DNA of 64,000 nucleotides from Myxococcales bacterium. GTDB taxonomy: Bacteria; Myxococcota_A; Polyangia; Polyangiales; Polyangiaceae. Positions 47,266 to 57,348 of this stretch are shown one piece after another (position 1 is the first letter of the stretch; each line of letters starts with the position of its first letter). The notes below the pieces were generated by a model. That model saw only the letters and a list, made by a program, of their open reading frames with translations. It was not told where the DNA came from and searched no databases. Position numbers and translations under genes: made by a program. The stretch is taken from positions 58,050 to 122,049 of the forward strand of contig JADJCA010000011.1 of NCBI GenBank assembly GCA_016703425.1, in the 5' to 3' direction.

Positions 47266-48106
47266 ATCGGCCGGTGATGTACTCCTCGGTTCGCTGATTC
47301 GACGGCTTGGTGAAGAGGGTGTCGGTCGTGTCGTATTCGACGAGCTCGCCCATGTAGAAGAACGCCGTGAAGTCGCTCACGCGAGCCGCCTGCTGCATGC
47401 TGTGGGTCACGATGACGATCGTGTAGGTCGCCTTGAGCTCGTAGATGAGCTCCTCGATCTTCGTTGTCGCGATGGGATCGAGCGCCGAACACGGCTCGTC
47501 CATCAAGAGGACCTCGGGCTCGAGGGCGAGGGCGCGAGCGATGCACAGGCGCTGCTGCTGGCCGCCGGAGAGGCTCGTCCCGGACCTGTCGAGGCGGTCT
47601 TTGACCTCGTCCCAGAGCGCCGCTTGCCGGAGCGCCTTTTCGACGCGCGGCTTGGCGTCTGTGACTTTCATGCCGTTCAGCCGGAGGCCCGCCAGCACGT
47701 TGTCGGCGATCGACATGGTCGGGAACGGGTTCGGCTTCTGAAACACCATGCCGACGCGGCGCCGCACCTGTACCGGATCGGTGCCGCGCTCGTAGATGTC
47801 CTTGCCGTCGAGCAAGACGCGCCCTTTGGTGTGCGCGCCGTCGGTGACCTCATGCATCCGATTCAAGCACCGCACGAAGGTCGACTTGCCGCAGCCTGAG
47901 GGACCGATGACCGCGGTGACGCGCCGTTCTCGAATGCTGAGGCTCACGCGCTTGAGAGCCTCCGTTGGCCCGAAGAACGCCGAGAGGTGCTCCGAGCTCA
48001 TCTTCTCGGGGAACTCATCGGCGGCGGCCAGAGGCGGAATCGGCGTGAGGTAGGTCGCCACGCGCGACGACGACGGAACGGAGGACTCGGACGCTTCTTC
48101 TTGCAT
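47258..48106 (-). CDS. pstB: phosphate ABC transporter ATP-binding protein PstB
   Basis: Walker [13 protein letters not shown] signature LSGGQQQRL, Walker B LLMDEP. Track ORF trimmed. Start ATG sits 2 nt after the pstA stop. Confidence 0.9.
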   Translation of the reverse strand: MQEEASESSVPSSSRVATYLTPIPPLAAADEFPEKMSSEHLSAFFGPTEALKRVSLSIRERRVTAVIGPSGCGKSTFVRCLNRMHEVTDGAHTKGRVLLDGKDIYERGTDPVQVRRRVGMVFQKPNPFPTMSIADNVLAGLRLNGMKVTDAKPRVEKALRQAALWDEVKDRLDRSGTSLSGGQQQRLCIARALALEPEVLLMDEPCSALDPIATTKIEELIYELKATYTIVIVTHSMQQAARVSDFTAFFYMGELVEYDTTDTLFTKPSNQRTEEYITGRFG

Positions 48107-48108
48107 GA

Positions 48109-48948
48109 TCAACGGCTCACACGGTGTCGAACGAGGAGGCGCGAGAGTATGTTCAAGCCAAGCACGAACGCGATGAGGACCAGGGCCGCGGCCCACGCTT
48201 GCTGGTGCCAGTCGTCGTAGGGCGCGACGGAATACTGGAATATTTGCACCGTGAGCGTCGACGTCGGCTGGTCGATGCCTTCGGGCCAGTTGCGGTTGTT
48301 CGCCGAGGTGAAGAGCAGCGGCGCCGTCTCGCCGGTGCCGCGCGCCACGGCCAACATGATGCCCGTCACAATGCCTGGTAGCGCCGTCCGCACGACGACA
48401 CGCAAGACGGTGCGCCAACGCGGCACGCCCAGCGCTAGGGCCGCCTCTCGGAGCGCGTTGGGGACGAGCTTCATGAGCTCTTCCGTCGTTCGGGCGATGG
48501 TCGGCAACATCAAGATCGCGATGGCGATGGAGCCGGCGATGGCCGACTGCCGCTTCATGGGAATGACGACGACGGCGTAGACGAACATGCCGACGACGAT
48601 GGACGGCACACCGGAGAGGACGTCGGCGGTGAAGCGAACGGCGTAGCCGAGGCGACTCTTGCCGTACTCCGCGAGGTAGACCCCCGCCAAGATCCCGGCG
48701 GGGATCGCCATCGCGCACGCCATGGCGACGATGGTGACGGTGCCGACGATGGCGTTTGCGACGCCGCCGCCGAGCTCGCCGACGGGCTTGGGCAAGTGCG
48801 TGAGGAAGTCGAGGCTGAGCCCCTTGATGCCTTCGCGGCCGACGAAGAGCAGGATGCTGATGAGCGGGATCATGGCGCACAGCGTCGCCACCAGGCACGC
48901 CCAGCGGAGCACGACGTCGAGCGTCTTGCGGGTGCGGTAGCTCGCCAC
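48109..48948 (-). CDS. pstA: phosphate ABC transporter permease PstA
   Basis: Six TM helices, a PstA-family sequence, and its position between pstC and pstB. Confidence 0.85.
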   Translation of the reverse strand: MASYRTRKTLDVVLRWACLVATLCAMIPLISILLFVGREGIKGLSLDFLTHLPKPVGELGGGVANAIVGTVTIVAMACAMAIPAGILAGVYLAEYGKSRLGYAVRFTADVLSGVPSIVVGMFVYAVVVIPMKRQSAIAGSIAIAILMLPTIARTTEELMKLVPNALREAALALGVPRWRTVLRVVVRTALPGIVTGIMLAVARGTGETAPLLFTSANNRNWPEGIDQPTSTLTVQIFQYSVAPYDDWHQQAWAAALVLIAFVLGLNILSRLLVRHRVSR

Positions 48949-48949
48949 G

Positions 48950-49924
48950 CTAGCTCCTCGCCCCTTCCGGCAAGCGCCCCACGCGCCAGACGAGGAGGCG
49001 AGCCACCACGTTGAGCACGAAGGTCACGGCAAAGAGCAAGAGCCCGATCGTCGTGAGCGCCGTGAGATGAGCCCCCGAGGCGGCTTCTGCGTACTCGTTC
49101 GCGATGACGCTCGCCATCGTGTAGCTGGGCGCAAAGAGCGACGCGGAGATGTCGGCGCGGTTGCCGATGATCATCGTGACGGCCATGGTCTCGCCGAGGG
49201 CTCGGCCGAGGCCGAGCATCGTGGCGCCGACCATGCCGGAGCGCGCAAACGGCAAGACGACCTGCGATATCGCCTCGACGCGTGTGGCGCCGAGGGCCAA
49301 CGCGTTCTCTTTCAAGATCCCCGGCACCGCTACGAGGACTTCGCGCATGACCGACGAGATGGTCGGCAGGATCATGATGGCGAGGATGACGCCCGCCGTG
49401 AGCATGCCGTAGCCGAGGTGCGGGCCTTGAAAGAGCGGAAGGAAGCCCAGCGTGCTCTCGAGCTTCGGCTGCACCGTCTCACGCATCCACGGCGCGAGAA
49501 TGAAGATGCCCCACAGGCCGTAGACGACGCTGGGAACGGCCGCGAGCAGCTCGACGACGAAGCCCAAGGGACGTCGGATGCGGGGCGGCGCGAGCTCCGT
49601 CAGGTAGACCGCGATGCCGAGCGCCACGGGAACGGCCAAGAGGAGCGCCAAGAACGACGAGACCAAGGTCCCGAAGACGAACGGCGCCGCGCCGAAGCTC
49701 TCGCGCACCGGGTCCCAGTCGGTGCGCCAGAGGAACGCGATGCCGAAGCGGCTGAAGCCGCTCCGTGCGTCCGACGCCAAGGAGAGGATGATCCACGCGA
49801 TGAGTACGATGAGCAAAATGCCGAAGGCCGCGGTGACTCGTCGGAAGATCGAGTCGCCGCGGCTCGGGCGCGGGCCGCTCTCCGCAGGGGGAGCGGCCGC
49901 GTGAGCGGTGCTGGTCGTGTTCAC
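48950..49924 (-). CDS. pstC: phosphate ABC transporter permease PstC
   Basis: Six TM helices with an EAA-like loop. Sits between pstS and pstA. Confidence 0.85.
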   Translation of the reverse strand: MNTTSTAHAAAPPAESGPRPSRGDSIFRRVTAAFGILLIVLIAWIILSLASDARSGFSRFGIAFLWRTDWDPVRESFGAAPFVFGTLVSSFLALLLAVPVALGIAVYLTELAPPRIRRPLGFVVELLAAVPSVVYGLWGIFILAPWMRETVQPKLESTLGFLPLFQGPHLGYGMLTAGVILAIMILPTISSVMREVLVAVPGILKENALALGATRVEAISQVVLPFARSGMVGATMLGLGRALGETMAVTMIIGNRADISASLFAPSYTMASVIANEYAEAASGAHLTALTTIGLLLFAVTFVLNVVARLLVWRVGRLPEGARS

Positions 49925-49940
49925 GGTCGGGCTGCGCCGG

Positions 49941-51050
49941 TCACTTGCCGACGAGGAGCGCCTTTCCTTCGGCCTTAAGTAGCTTCACCTTGGCCTCGGC
50001 TTTGGCGACGACGGGAGCCGGGAGCTTGCCGTAGTGGAGCGCTTCGGCGTGCTCTTGCCCTTCGTGGAGACCCCACCAGAGGTAGTTGGCGAGCGCTTGG
50101 CCCTTCTGCGCGTTCGCGTTTTCTTCGTAGACGAGGACATAGGAAAACGCGGCGATGGGGTACGCCGCCTCGCCGGGTGCGTTGGTGATGGAGACGCGAA
50201 GGTCGTCCGGCATCTTGTCGGCGACGCTGGCAGCGGCGGCGGTGACCGATGCGAGGGCCGCGTCGGTGAACTTGCCTGCCTGGTTCTTGAGTGACGCCGT
50301 GGCGAGGTTATTTTGCTTGGCGTAGGCGAGCTCGACGTAGCCGATGGAGCCGGGCGTCGACTTCACGCTTCCCGTCACGCCTTCGTTGCCCTTGCTCGAG
50401 ATTCCGGCGGGCCACTTGACGCTCTTGCCAGCGCCGACCTTGTCTTTCCACGCGGGGCTGACCTTCGCGAGGTAGTCGGTGAACACCGCCGTCGTGCCGC
50501 TTCCGTCGGAGCGGGCCACCACCGTGATGTTGGTGGCGGGAAGCTTCGCGTCGGGGTTGTCCGCCACGAGCTTCGGGTCGTTCCACTTCTTGATCTCCCC
50601 CATGAAGACGCCCGTGAGCGCCTCGGGCGTTAGCTTGATGGCGGCCTTGGCATCGGGGACGTTGTACGTCACGACGACGGCGCCGAGGGTCATCGGCACG
50701 TGGTGCAGCTTGCCCTTCGCCTTGGCGAGTTCTTCGTCGCTCATGGGCGCGTCGCTGGCGCCGAAGTCGACGGTCTGGTCGGTGATCTGCTTGATGCCGG
50801 CGCCGGAGCCCACCGACTGGTAGTTGACCTTCACCTGGGGGTTCGCCTTGCCGAACTCGGAGATCCACTTCGAGTAGAGCGGGAACGGGAAGGTGGCGCC
50901 TGCGCCGTTTAGGCTGACGGTGTCGCTCTTGGGGGCGACGGCGACGGTCGTCGACGCGCTGCTGGAGGGGGTCGCGGAGCTCGAGTCGCTGCCTTTGCAG
51001 CCCATCACGAGGAGGCCAGCAGCAACGAGGACGGTGGAGGCGTTTCGCAT
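49941..51050 (-). CDS. pstS: phosphate-binding lipoprotein PstS
   Basis: Lipobox LVMGC. A PstS-family sequence (..GAGATFPFPLY.KW...SGSG..) with a Ser/Thr-rich tether. Confidence 0.9.
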   Translation of the reverse strand: MRNASTVLVAAGLLVMGCKGSDSSSATPSSSASTTVAVAPKSDTVSLNGAGATFPFPLYSKWISEFGKANPQVKVNYQSVGSGAGIKQITDQTVDFGASDAPMSDEELAKAKGKLHHVPMTLGAVVVTYNVPDAKAAIKLTPEALTGVFMGEIKKWNDPKLVADNPDAKLPATNITVVARSDGSGTTAVFTDYLAKVSPAWKDKVGAGKSVKWPAGISSKGNEGVTGSVKSTPGSIGYVELAYAKQNNLATASLKNQAGKFTDAALASVTAAAASVADKMPDDLRVSITNAPGEAAYPIAAFSYVLVYEENANAQKGQALANYLWWGLHEGQEHAEALHYGKLPAPVVAKAEAKVKLLKAEGKALLVGK

Positions 51051-51071
51051 GCGCGCACAAGTACGCGGCGA

Positions 51072-51092
51072 ATGTGACGATTGGGTGACAGC
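51072..51092 (-). promoter_or_regulatory. candidate Pho box upstream of pstS
   Basis: On the pstS strand: cTGTCACccaatcGTCACA, two TGTCA-like 7-mers with 11-bp periodicity, 25-45 nt upstream of the pstS ATG. Coordinates approximate to within a few nt. Confidence 0.35.
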
Positions 51093-51223
51093 AGCGTGAA
51101 ATGGCGGCGATTGAAGGGGTCGAGGGCTTCGTGAGTCGTCCCGCCTGGCAGGGCTGCCTCGGTCCCCTCTCCCCCGCGGCCTTCCCCAACCGATCTTTTT
51201 CCGCGTGCCTGGCTTTCGCTACA

Positions 51224-51517
51224 TTGGCGCCGGTGTCCGGCCAGCTTCTCCACCACGGCGACGACGCGCCGGAGCGGTGCGCCTTTTGCGGAAAGGAGGC
51301 GGCGGGCCCGTGCGCCACGTGTCAGCGCTCTGTGTGCGGCGATTGCTGCACCTTGACCGAAGGGGGCGTTCGGACGTGGGCCATCTGCCTCGAGTGCGAT
51401 CGCACGAAAGGGCGGTCCCTCAGCCGCGGATGGGCCGGACTCCTCCGGTTCATCGGCGCGATCTTGGCCGGGCTCTTCGCCGTCGTTGTCTTGCTCGCGT
51501 GGCTCTCGGGGCGCTGA
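51224..51517 (+). CDS. small Cys-rich (zinc-ribbon-like) protein with a C-terminal TM helix
   Basis: CAFCG...CATCQRSVCGDCC...CLEC cysteine pairs followed by a hydrophobic helix (FIGAILAGLFAVVVLLAWL). High GC3. Start TTG 51224, GTG 51233 or ATG 51101 is uncertain. Confidence 0.4.
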   Translation: MAPVSGQLLHHGDDAPERCAFCGKEAAGPCATCQRSVCGDCCTLTEGGVRTWAICLECDRTKGRSLSRGWAGLLRFIGAILAGLFAVVVLLAWLSGR

Positions 51518-51640
51518 AAGCCGCCGGCTGCACGGCGACGCCGCTTGTGGGCGCCCGCGCAACTCGCGAACCTGAGCGCGTGGCGAAATCGCGGGCCAGA
51601 AGGCGCTTGACGGAGCGAGTGAGACGCGAGGCGCCGGCAC

Positions 51641-53041
51641 CTACGGCTCGACGCCCGCGATGACCCAGATGCCGTTGTTCCCCTTGCCGTTCCCTGCCGC
51701 GATGAAGAGATCGGCGGCGCTGGTTGGCGTGCGACGCGCGACGACGAGGTCTTGGGCCCCGGGCAGGTTGGCGAGCTTGGTGGCCACGCCGGTGCTTGGT
51801 ATGACCTCGAAGACGTCCCCTTCGATGTTCGTCACGTAGTGATGCGTGGCGCCCAACGCGATGCCCACGAGGGGGGTCCCGGGAGGGATGTTGTAGAGGG
51901 GCACCGCGGAGACGGAAAGGGTGGCGGCGAAGGTGACCTTGTGAACTGTGGCTCCCTCGGAGAAGTAGGCGACGCCGCTGTGATCCGACTCGAGGTAGCT
52001 GTTGGCGTTCGGCGTGGGGAACGGCGAAGGGCTTGCGCTAACGGGAACGTTCAGCCCCTTGTCCAAAGGATTCGCCAGGAAGGCGTTCGCCGCGATCCCG
52101 ACGAGCAATGGGACGCCCCCCGAACTATCCGCCACGTCGACCGAAAAGGCGCCACCACTTGCACAACCGCGAGTCCTGAGCGAGGCCCACGTGGGCGAGT
52201 AGACCGTCACGCAGGTCGGTCCATTCTGAACGTCCGCGACGAAAGTCTCGGCACCGAACACCGCGATGCCGCGAAAGGTGTCGGATGGCACCCGCCGCTG
52301 GAAGGACGACGCGGGACCGGCGGAGGCCAGCGCGCTCCACGACTCGCCAAAGGCCCCCTGGTCGGTCGTCCAATAGAGTCCGTCGCCGTCGGCGGCGACA
52401 CCAAAGGCGGGCGAAGGCGTGGTGACGAGGTGCTGCGGCAACGCGTAACGCGGCGGTGGGGGAACCGACGTCCGGTCCGGGGCTGCGTCCGCTGACGCTT
52501 CGGCGCCCGCGTCGACACCGGTGAGCAAGCGCGCGTCGCACTCTTGGGTGGTGCTGCAAAACGCTGGGTCGTCGACATCGGCGGTGACGCATCGCCCGTC
52601 GACGCACGTTCGGTCCTCCGCGCACTTGATGCCGATGCACGCCGACGACAAGCGAACCCGCAGCTCGAGCGGCTCGTGAGGCACGAAGCGCAGGCGGCGG
52701 CGGGCCACGATGCACCCGGCGAAATCGGCTGCGGCGCACGCGTTGAGAGGCGAGGTCGCGCCGGCCACGACGGAGATCGAGACCACGTCGTCGCGTTTGC
52801 CGCTGGGCGCGATGACCAAAGAGCCGATCGTCCGAAGGGGGCCAGCGCCGCTGCAGTCGCGCGTGATCGTCACGGGGTCGTCGGTCGGCGCCCCTCCGAT
52901 GATGGCGGTACCACCGTGGCCAACGAGCTTGTCGCAGTCGACGTCGGTGTCGACCTGGAGCGTGATCTGCGTGGGCTCGCGGCATGCGCTGGCGCCCGCG
53001 CCGAGCGCCGCCGCGATTAAGAGCAGGACCGGTGCGCGCAC
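51641..53041 (-). CDS. hypothetical lipoprotein with a Cys-rich segment and beta-propeller-like C-terminus
   Basis: Trimmed to GTG 53041 giving MRAPVLLLIAAALGAGASAC (lipobox). High GC3. Confidence 0.55.
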   Translation of the reverse strand: MRAPVLLLIAAALGAGASACREPTQITLQVDTDVDCDKLVGHGGTAIIGGAPTDDPVTITRDCSGAGPLRTIGSLVIAPSGKRDDVVSISVVAGATSPLNACAAADFAGCIVARRRLRFVPHEPLELRVRLSSACIGIKCAEDRTCVDGRCVTADVDDPAFCSTTQECDARLLTGVDAGAEASADAAPDRTSVPPPPRYALPQHLVTTPSPAFGVAADGDGLYWTTDQGAFGESWSALASAGPASSFQRRVPSDTFRGIAVFGAETFVADVQNGPTCVTVYSPTWASLRTRGCASGGAFSVDVADSSGGVPLLVGIAANAFLANPLDKGLNVPVSASPSPFPTPNANSYLESDHSGVAYFSEGATVHKVTFAATLSVSAVPLYNIPPGTPLVGIALGATHHYVTNIEGDVFEVIPSTGVATKLANLPGAQDLVVARRTPTSAADLFIAAGNGKGNNGIWVIAGVEP

Positions 53042-53108
53042 GAGCCAAGCGCGAGTTCCCTGCGAGCGGCGAGCCGGCACTTCGCGGATTGTACTGTATG
53101 CTGGAGCC

Positions 53109-53882
53109 GTGCGCCGCTCGCTCGTCGCCTTCGCAGTGGGTGCGCTCGCGGGCTGCGGCTTCCTCGTAGACACGGGCGGCCTCGCGGGCGAGGGCGCCGC
53201 GCAAGACGCAGGCGCCGAAGGGGCCCGGGTCGTCGAACCCGCGCTCGACGCATCCGCTCCGCTGGAGGCGTCGACACAGCGTTTTTGCGATCGGGCCCCA
53301 CACGCCTTCTGCGCCGATTTCGAGGGCGCCGTGTTTCGCGACGGGTGGACCTCTGACAGCCAGGAACTCGGCGGCGCCCTGTCGCTCGTGAATCCGACCC
53401 CGGCACACCCCACCCAGGCCCTGCTCGCGAAGATGCCCCGACGCGAGACGGCCAAGGGGTCCGCTGCGCTGCGAAAAACGTTCGACATGCCGTGGCGACG
53501 CGTCGTCATGAACTTCGACGTCTACGTGGAGCGGCCTCTATTCCTGACTGGCGACCGCAACGCCGGGCTTGTTTGTTTCGCCTTCTACGCGGGGAGCCAG
53601 CTCGGCGGACTGTGCGTGTCCGTTGCAGGCGACTACGTCGCGTTCGGCGTCGACAAGCCGCCACTTCGGTACGACACCTGGCTGCACGCGACCTTCGACG
53701 TGGATCCCATCGGCAAGCTCGCGCGGGCCGAGATCGACGGCGTCGTCTTCCAGAGTCACTTTTCACCGCCCGCTACTGGCGAAGCTCAGCGAATGGAGAT
53801 CGAACTGGGCGTGCTGGGCTACAACGTGCCGGCGCCGGCCTTCGCGGTCACCTACGACGACATCACCATCGACTTGCCGTAG
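53109..53882 (+). CDS. hypothetical lipoprotein
   Basis: GTG 53109 giving MRRSLVAFAVGALAGCG (lipobox). Divergent from the 51641-53041 gene. Confidence 0.5.
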   Translation: MRRSLVAFAVGALAGCGFLVDTGGLAGEGAAQDAGAEGARVVEPALDASAPLEASTQRFCDRAPHAFCADFEGAVFRDGWTSDSQELGGALSLVNPTPAHPTQALLAKMPRRETAKGSAALRKTFDMPWRRVVMNFDVYVERPLFLTGDRNAGLVCFAFYAGSQLGGLCVSVAGDYVAFGVDKPPLRYDTWLHATFDVDPIGKLARAEIDGVVFQSHFSPPATGEAQRMEIELGVLGYNVPAPAFAVTYDDITIDLP

Positions 53883-53931
53883 GCGCTCGAGCGGCGCCCA
53901 CGGCGGCCTTGCATGTGGCCGCCGCAACGTC

Positions 53932-55056
53932 TCAGTCGAACTGGCAAACCTGCTGCTTGCACACGAGACCGGCGGGGCAATCGCTCGGGTCGTCGCAAGG
54001 CCATTGGAACGCATTGGGGTAACAAGTGTTGCCCATGCAATGCGCACCCGCGCCGCAATCGACGTCGGCGCCGCACGCGGACCCGCAGAAGAGGATCACC
54101 AAGCCCGGTCGATCGGCCTCCCCTGCTGCGCGCGCCTGGCGCCGAGGCTCCCTGCGCGCGGCGATGTCGCCGTTCACGCTGGTCGACGTGCCACCGCTCA
54201 AGGCGCGCGCAAGGAACCCAGAGCCACCGCCTCCGCTCCCGCAGCCCGCGGCGCTGGCATAACTGGCACCGCCCCCGCCGCCGAACCAGCCGGCCCCGCC
54301 CCCGCCGCCGCCCGCGGGGTGCGCCGCTGCGCCGCCGCCCGGGCTCGGTCCGCCGCCACCAACCCCGCCGATGGATGGGCCGCCGGCGGACGCTGGCGTG
54401 CCGACGCCTTCACCGAGGCCCGGCGCGCCGCCGGCGCTCGGCCCCCCGGCCCCTCCCCCAGCGGCGCCGCTGTTGTTGCCGTCGCCGGCTCGTCCGCTCG
54501 AACCGCCGCCCGCGCCGCCTTGGGCCTTCGCGCACGCGCCGCCGCCACCGCCCGCGACGAACCACAGCCCCGCGTCGCCAAGACTCGCGATCGCGCTCAT
54601 GCCTCCGCCCGCCGCACCGGCGATCGAGCCAACGCCGCCGGCCCCTCCACCTCCGGGAGCGCCGACCGTCACGCGAACCGTGCGCTCGCCCAGCGCGAGG
54701 GTCCCATAGGTGTATCCTGCAACGCCGCCACGCCGATTCTGATCCACGCTGCCGCCGCCGGCGCCCCAGAGCTTGGCCGTCGCGTGCACGCACGTGGGGT
54801 CGAAGTTGACGTCGTAGGTGCCCGGCTCGAAGAGCTCCAGTTCGAGCCCGTTGGCCTTCACCTCGATGCTCGCGTCAACGCCTCCGTCGCCGGCACCGTC
54901 GGGGGGAAGGACCACTTCCGCGACGTCCGCGAGCACGGCCTCGGGCCCCGCGTCAACGGGCTCCGTGCGAACGCCATCCGAGACGCCGTCCCACCCGAAC
55001 ACGAGCGAACACGCCGAAGCGCCCAAGAGTGACGCGGCAAGCGCGAGCCGCCTCAT
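53932..55056 (-). CDS. glycine-rich secreted lipoprotein with a C-terminal Cys-rich module
   Basis: Lipobox LLGASAC. Central region of over 50% Gly (GGGGAGGVGSIAGAAGGG...). C-terminus with 8 Cys (CGSACGADVDCGAGAHCMGNTCYP...CPAGLVCKQQVCQFD). Confidence 0.7.
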   Translation of the reverse strand: MRRLALAASLLGASACSLVFGWDGVSDGVRTEPVDAGPEAVLADVAEVVLPPDGAGDGGVDASIEVKANGLELELFEPGTYDVNFDPTCVHATAKLWGAGGGSVDQNRRGGVAGYTYGTLALGERTVRVTVGAPGGGGAGGVGSIAGAAGGGMSAIASLGDAGLWFVAGGGGGACAKAQGGAGGGSSGRAGDGNNSGAAGGGAGGPSAGGAPGLGEGVGTPASAGGPSIGGVGGGGPSPGGGAAAHPAGGGGGGAGWFGGGGGASYASAAGCGSGGGGSGFLARALSGGTSTSVNGDIAARREPRRQARAAGEADRPGLVILFCGSACGADVDCGAGAHCMGNTCYPNAFQWPCDDPSDCPAGLVCKQQVCQFD

Positions 55057-55112
55057 TGGGAAGCGCTCATGGCGGAATCGTCCCTCATCCGTGCATAATA
55101 GCCCGACCCGCC

Positions 55113-56414
55113 ATGGCCGACTTCGACGCGATCACGGAGCAGATGCTCGTGGGAGCCGCGCACGCTCCCGTTCGAGGGCAAGGTGTGGAGCTCGCCTTCG
55201 TCGAGGGCCCCAACCGGGGGGCCGTCGTGCGCATCGCGGAGCTGGCGCATCGTCGCGCGCTCGTCGGCTCGAGCGCTGCCTGCGAGATTCGCCTCGACGA
55301 TCGGACGGTGTCGCGCCGGCACGCCTCGCTGGAGCTCGAGGAAGGCGGTCTTCGCGTCCTTGACCTCGGCTCGAGAAACGGCGTCTACGTCGGAGGCGTA
55401 CGGGTTCGCGACGCCCTGCTGATCTCGGGCAACGAGTTCGTCGTCGGCGCCACGCGGATTCGCGTCGCCATCGGCGGCGAAGAGCGCGACATCGCCGCGT
55501 GGCAAACGGGCAAGTTCGGCCGCGTGCTCGGCGCGAGCCCTGCCATGCGCCGGCTTTATCCGGTGCTCGAGCGCCTCGCCAGCCAGTCGACGCCCGCGCT
55601 CATCGAAGGCGAGGCGGGCACCGGCAAAGAGCTGCTCGCCGAGTCGATTCACGAGGCGAGCCCCACGCCCGACGCGCCCTTCGTCGTCTTCGAGCCCGCC
55701 AGCGTGGCGCCCGAAGCCATCGAGCAGGAGCTCTTCGGCCTTCGCGGCGACGTCCACGGCGCAGGCGGTCTCATCCAAGCGGCGCGCGGGGGAACCTTGT
55801 TCTTGGACGAGGTCTCCGATCTCCCGACGCCGAGCCAACTGAAGCTCCTGCGGGTCCTCGAGCACGACGCCCGCGGCTCGAACGCGGGCGGCACGCCGCG
55901 CGTTCGGATCATCGCCTCGACGCGCCGCGATCTCGACCGCGAGGTTCAAGATCGCCGCTTTCGCGAGGATCTGCTGACGGCGCTCGCCACCGTGCGCGTC
56001 GAGCTTCCTCCGTTGCGCAAGCGCACCGGCGACATCGCCTTGCTCACGCACCACTTCTGGGCCGCGCTCGGCGGCGCCCCCGGCGAGCTCCCCGCCAATC
56101 TCGTCCAGCGCTTCGAGCAACACGAGTGGCCCGGCAACGTCCGCGAGCTTCAAGCGGCCGTCGGACGCGCCATCGTCACGGGAGAGCGCGACGTGGGCGC
56201 CAAGAAACGCGGCGCCGGTGGTGGCGCCGACGCCATCGCCGAGCTCATCGACCGAGGCCTCCCGTTGCCGCGCGCGCGCCAAGAGATCGTGCTGGAGCTC
56301 GAGCGCCGCTACACGCAAGCGATGCTCGATCGCCACGGCGGGAGCGTCGGCAAGGCGGCGGCGGCGAGCGGCATCGGGCGGCGGTATTTCCAGGCGATCC
56401 GCGCCAAGAAGTGA
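55113..56414 (+). CDS. sigma-54-dependent transcriptional activator with N-terminal FHA domain (FHA, AAA+ sigma-54 activator, HTH)
   Basis: FHA (VGSSAACEIRLDDRTVSRRHASLE...LGSRNGVYV). AAA+ Walker A GEAGTGKE, ..GGTLFLDEV.., Walker B and R-finger. C-terminal Fis-type HTH. The GAFTGA position reads GDVHGA (degenerate). Confidence 0.8.
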   Translation: MADFDAITEQMLVGAAHAPVRGQGVELAFVEGPNRGAVVRIAELAHRRALVGSSAACEIRLDDRTVSRRHASLELEEGGLRVLDLGSRNGVYVGGVRVRDALLISGNEFVVGATRIRVAIGGEERDIAAWQTGKFGRVLGASPAMRRLYPVLERLASQSTPALIEGEAGTGKELLAESIHEASPTPDAPFVVFEPASVAPEAIEQELFGLRGDVHGAGGLIQAARGGTLFLDEVSDLPTPSQLKLLRVLEHDARGSNAGGTPRVRIIASTRRDLDREVQDRRFREDLLTALATVRVELPPLRKRTGDIALLTHHFWAALGGAPGELPANLVQRFEQHEWPGNVRELQAAVGRAIVTGERDVGAKKRGAGGGADAIAELIDRGLPLPRARQEIVLELERRYTQAMLDRHGGSVGKAAAASGIGRRYFQAIRAKK

Positions 56415-56437
56415 CGTACCGAGACGCGGGGCCCGCC

Positions 56438-57211
56438 TCACTCGCCGCGTCCCTGAGGTTGGTGGGCGGGCTGGGTCAGGTGAACGGCCAGCGCGCCGGC
56501 GAGGGCCAACGCGCCGACGACGAGCGAAACGTCGGCGACGATGAACTGCGTCCGAATCCTCGACTCTTCGCCGGGCGGACACGTCGGCGCGCAGCGTTCG
56601 CGCGCGTCGGCGCGGTCCACGAGGCCGTGGATACCGAAGCCGGCAAACGAGCCGAGCGCGAGGACGCCGACCCCTGCCAGCGGCCACGCCCACGAACGCG
56701 GCGACTGAAGCGACGTCGATGGCGCGGAGCTCGACTCCTCGAGCGTCAGGAGCACGGGCCGGTTTCGCTCTCCGACGCGGACGACGATGGACGTCGAGGC
56801 GGGCTGGTACCCGGGGCTCTCGATGTGGAGCTGGTGCACGCCGGGATCAAGCTCGAGCGCGGCGCCGGCGTTCGTCGCGACGGGCTTTCCGTCGATGCGA
56901 ATCGAGAGGGCCACGATGTCACTCCCGTCGAGGCGGCGGGCGCCTGGGACGATGCTCGGAAGCTCGCGAAGGACGGCGGCCTCGCTCTCGGTGCAATCGG
57001 CGCGAACCAGCGCGGGGCATGTGGAGCGCGAGCAGACTACGAACTGGCCGCGCGCTTCACGGAGCGCGCCGCGGTCTCTTAGATCTTGCCCCCGATGGAA
57101 CGCGTCGAGACACTGATCGGTCGTCTGCGCCGAGGCGGCGCGCGAGGCGAGGCCAACGGCCGACGCGACAACCGAAGCGACGACGATTCGCGCGGCGATT
57201 CGTTGGCGCAT
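56438..57211 (-). CDS. secreted/membrane-anchored protein with PEGA-like domain
   Basis: Trimmed to ATG 57211 (signal peptide). PEGA-like beta-sandwich motif (HQLHIESPGYQPASTSIVVRVGE). C-terminal TM helix. Confidence 0.5.
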   Translation of the reverse strand: MRQRIAARIVVASVVASAVGLASRAASAQTTDQCLDAFHRGQDLRDRGALREARGQFVVCSRSTCPALVRADCTESEAAVLRELPSIVPGARRLDGSDIVALSIRIDGKPVATNAGAALELDPGVHQLHIESPGYQPASTSIVVRVGERNRPVLLTLEESSSAPSTSLQSPRSWAWPLAGVGVLALGSFAGFGIHGLVDRADARERCAPTCPPGEESRIRTQFIVADVSLVVGALALAGALAVHLTQPAHQPQGRGE

Positions 57212-57348
57212 ACCCGCCGCGAAGCGTACCAGAGGGCCGGGCGCGAGCGCGCCCGCTCTCCGTGGCCACATCGGCACCGACGTGGGTGTGGGCGGGCGGG
57301 TGCGGGCTGGTTGTCACGCGCCCAGAGGGCGATACTTCGCTTCTCCCC

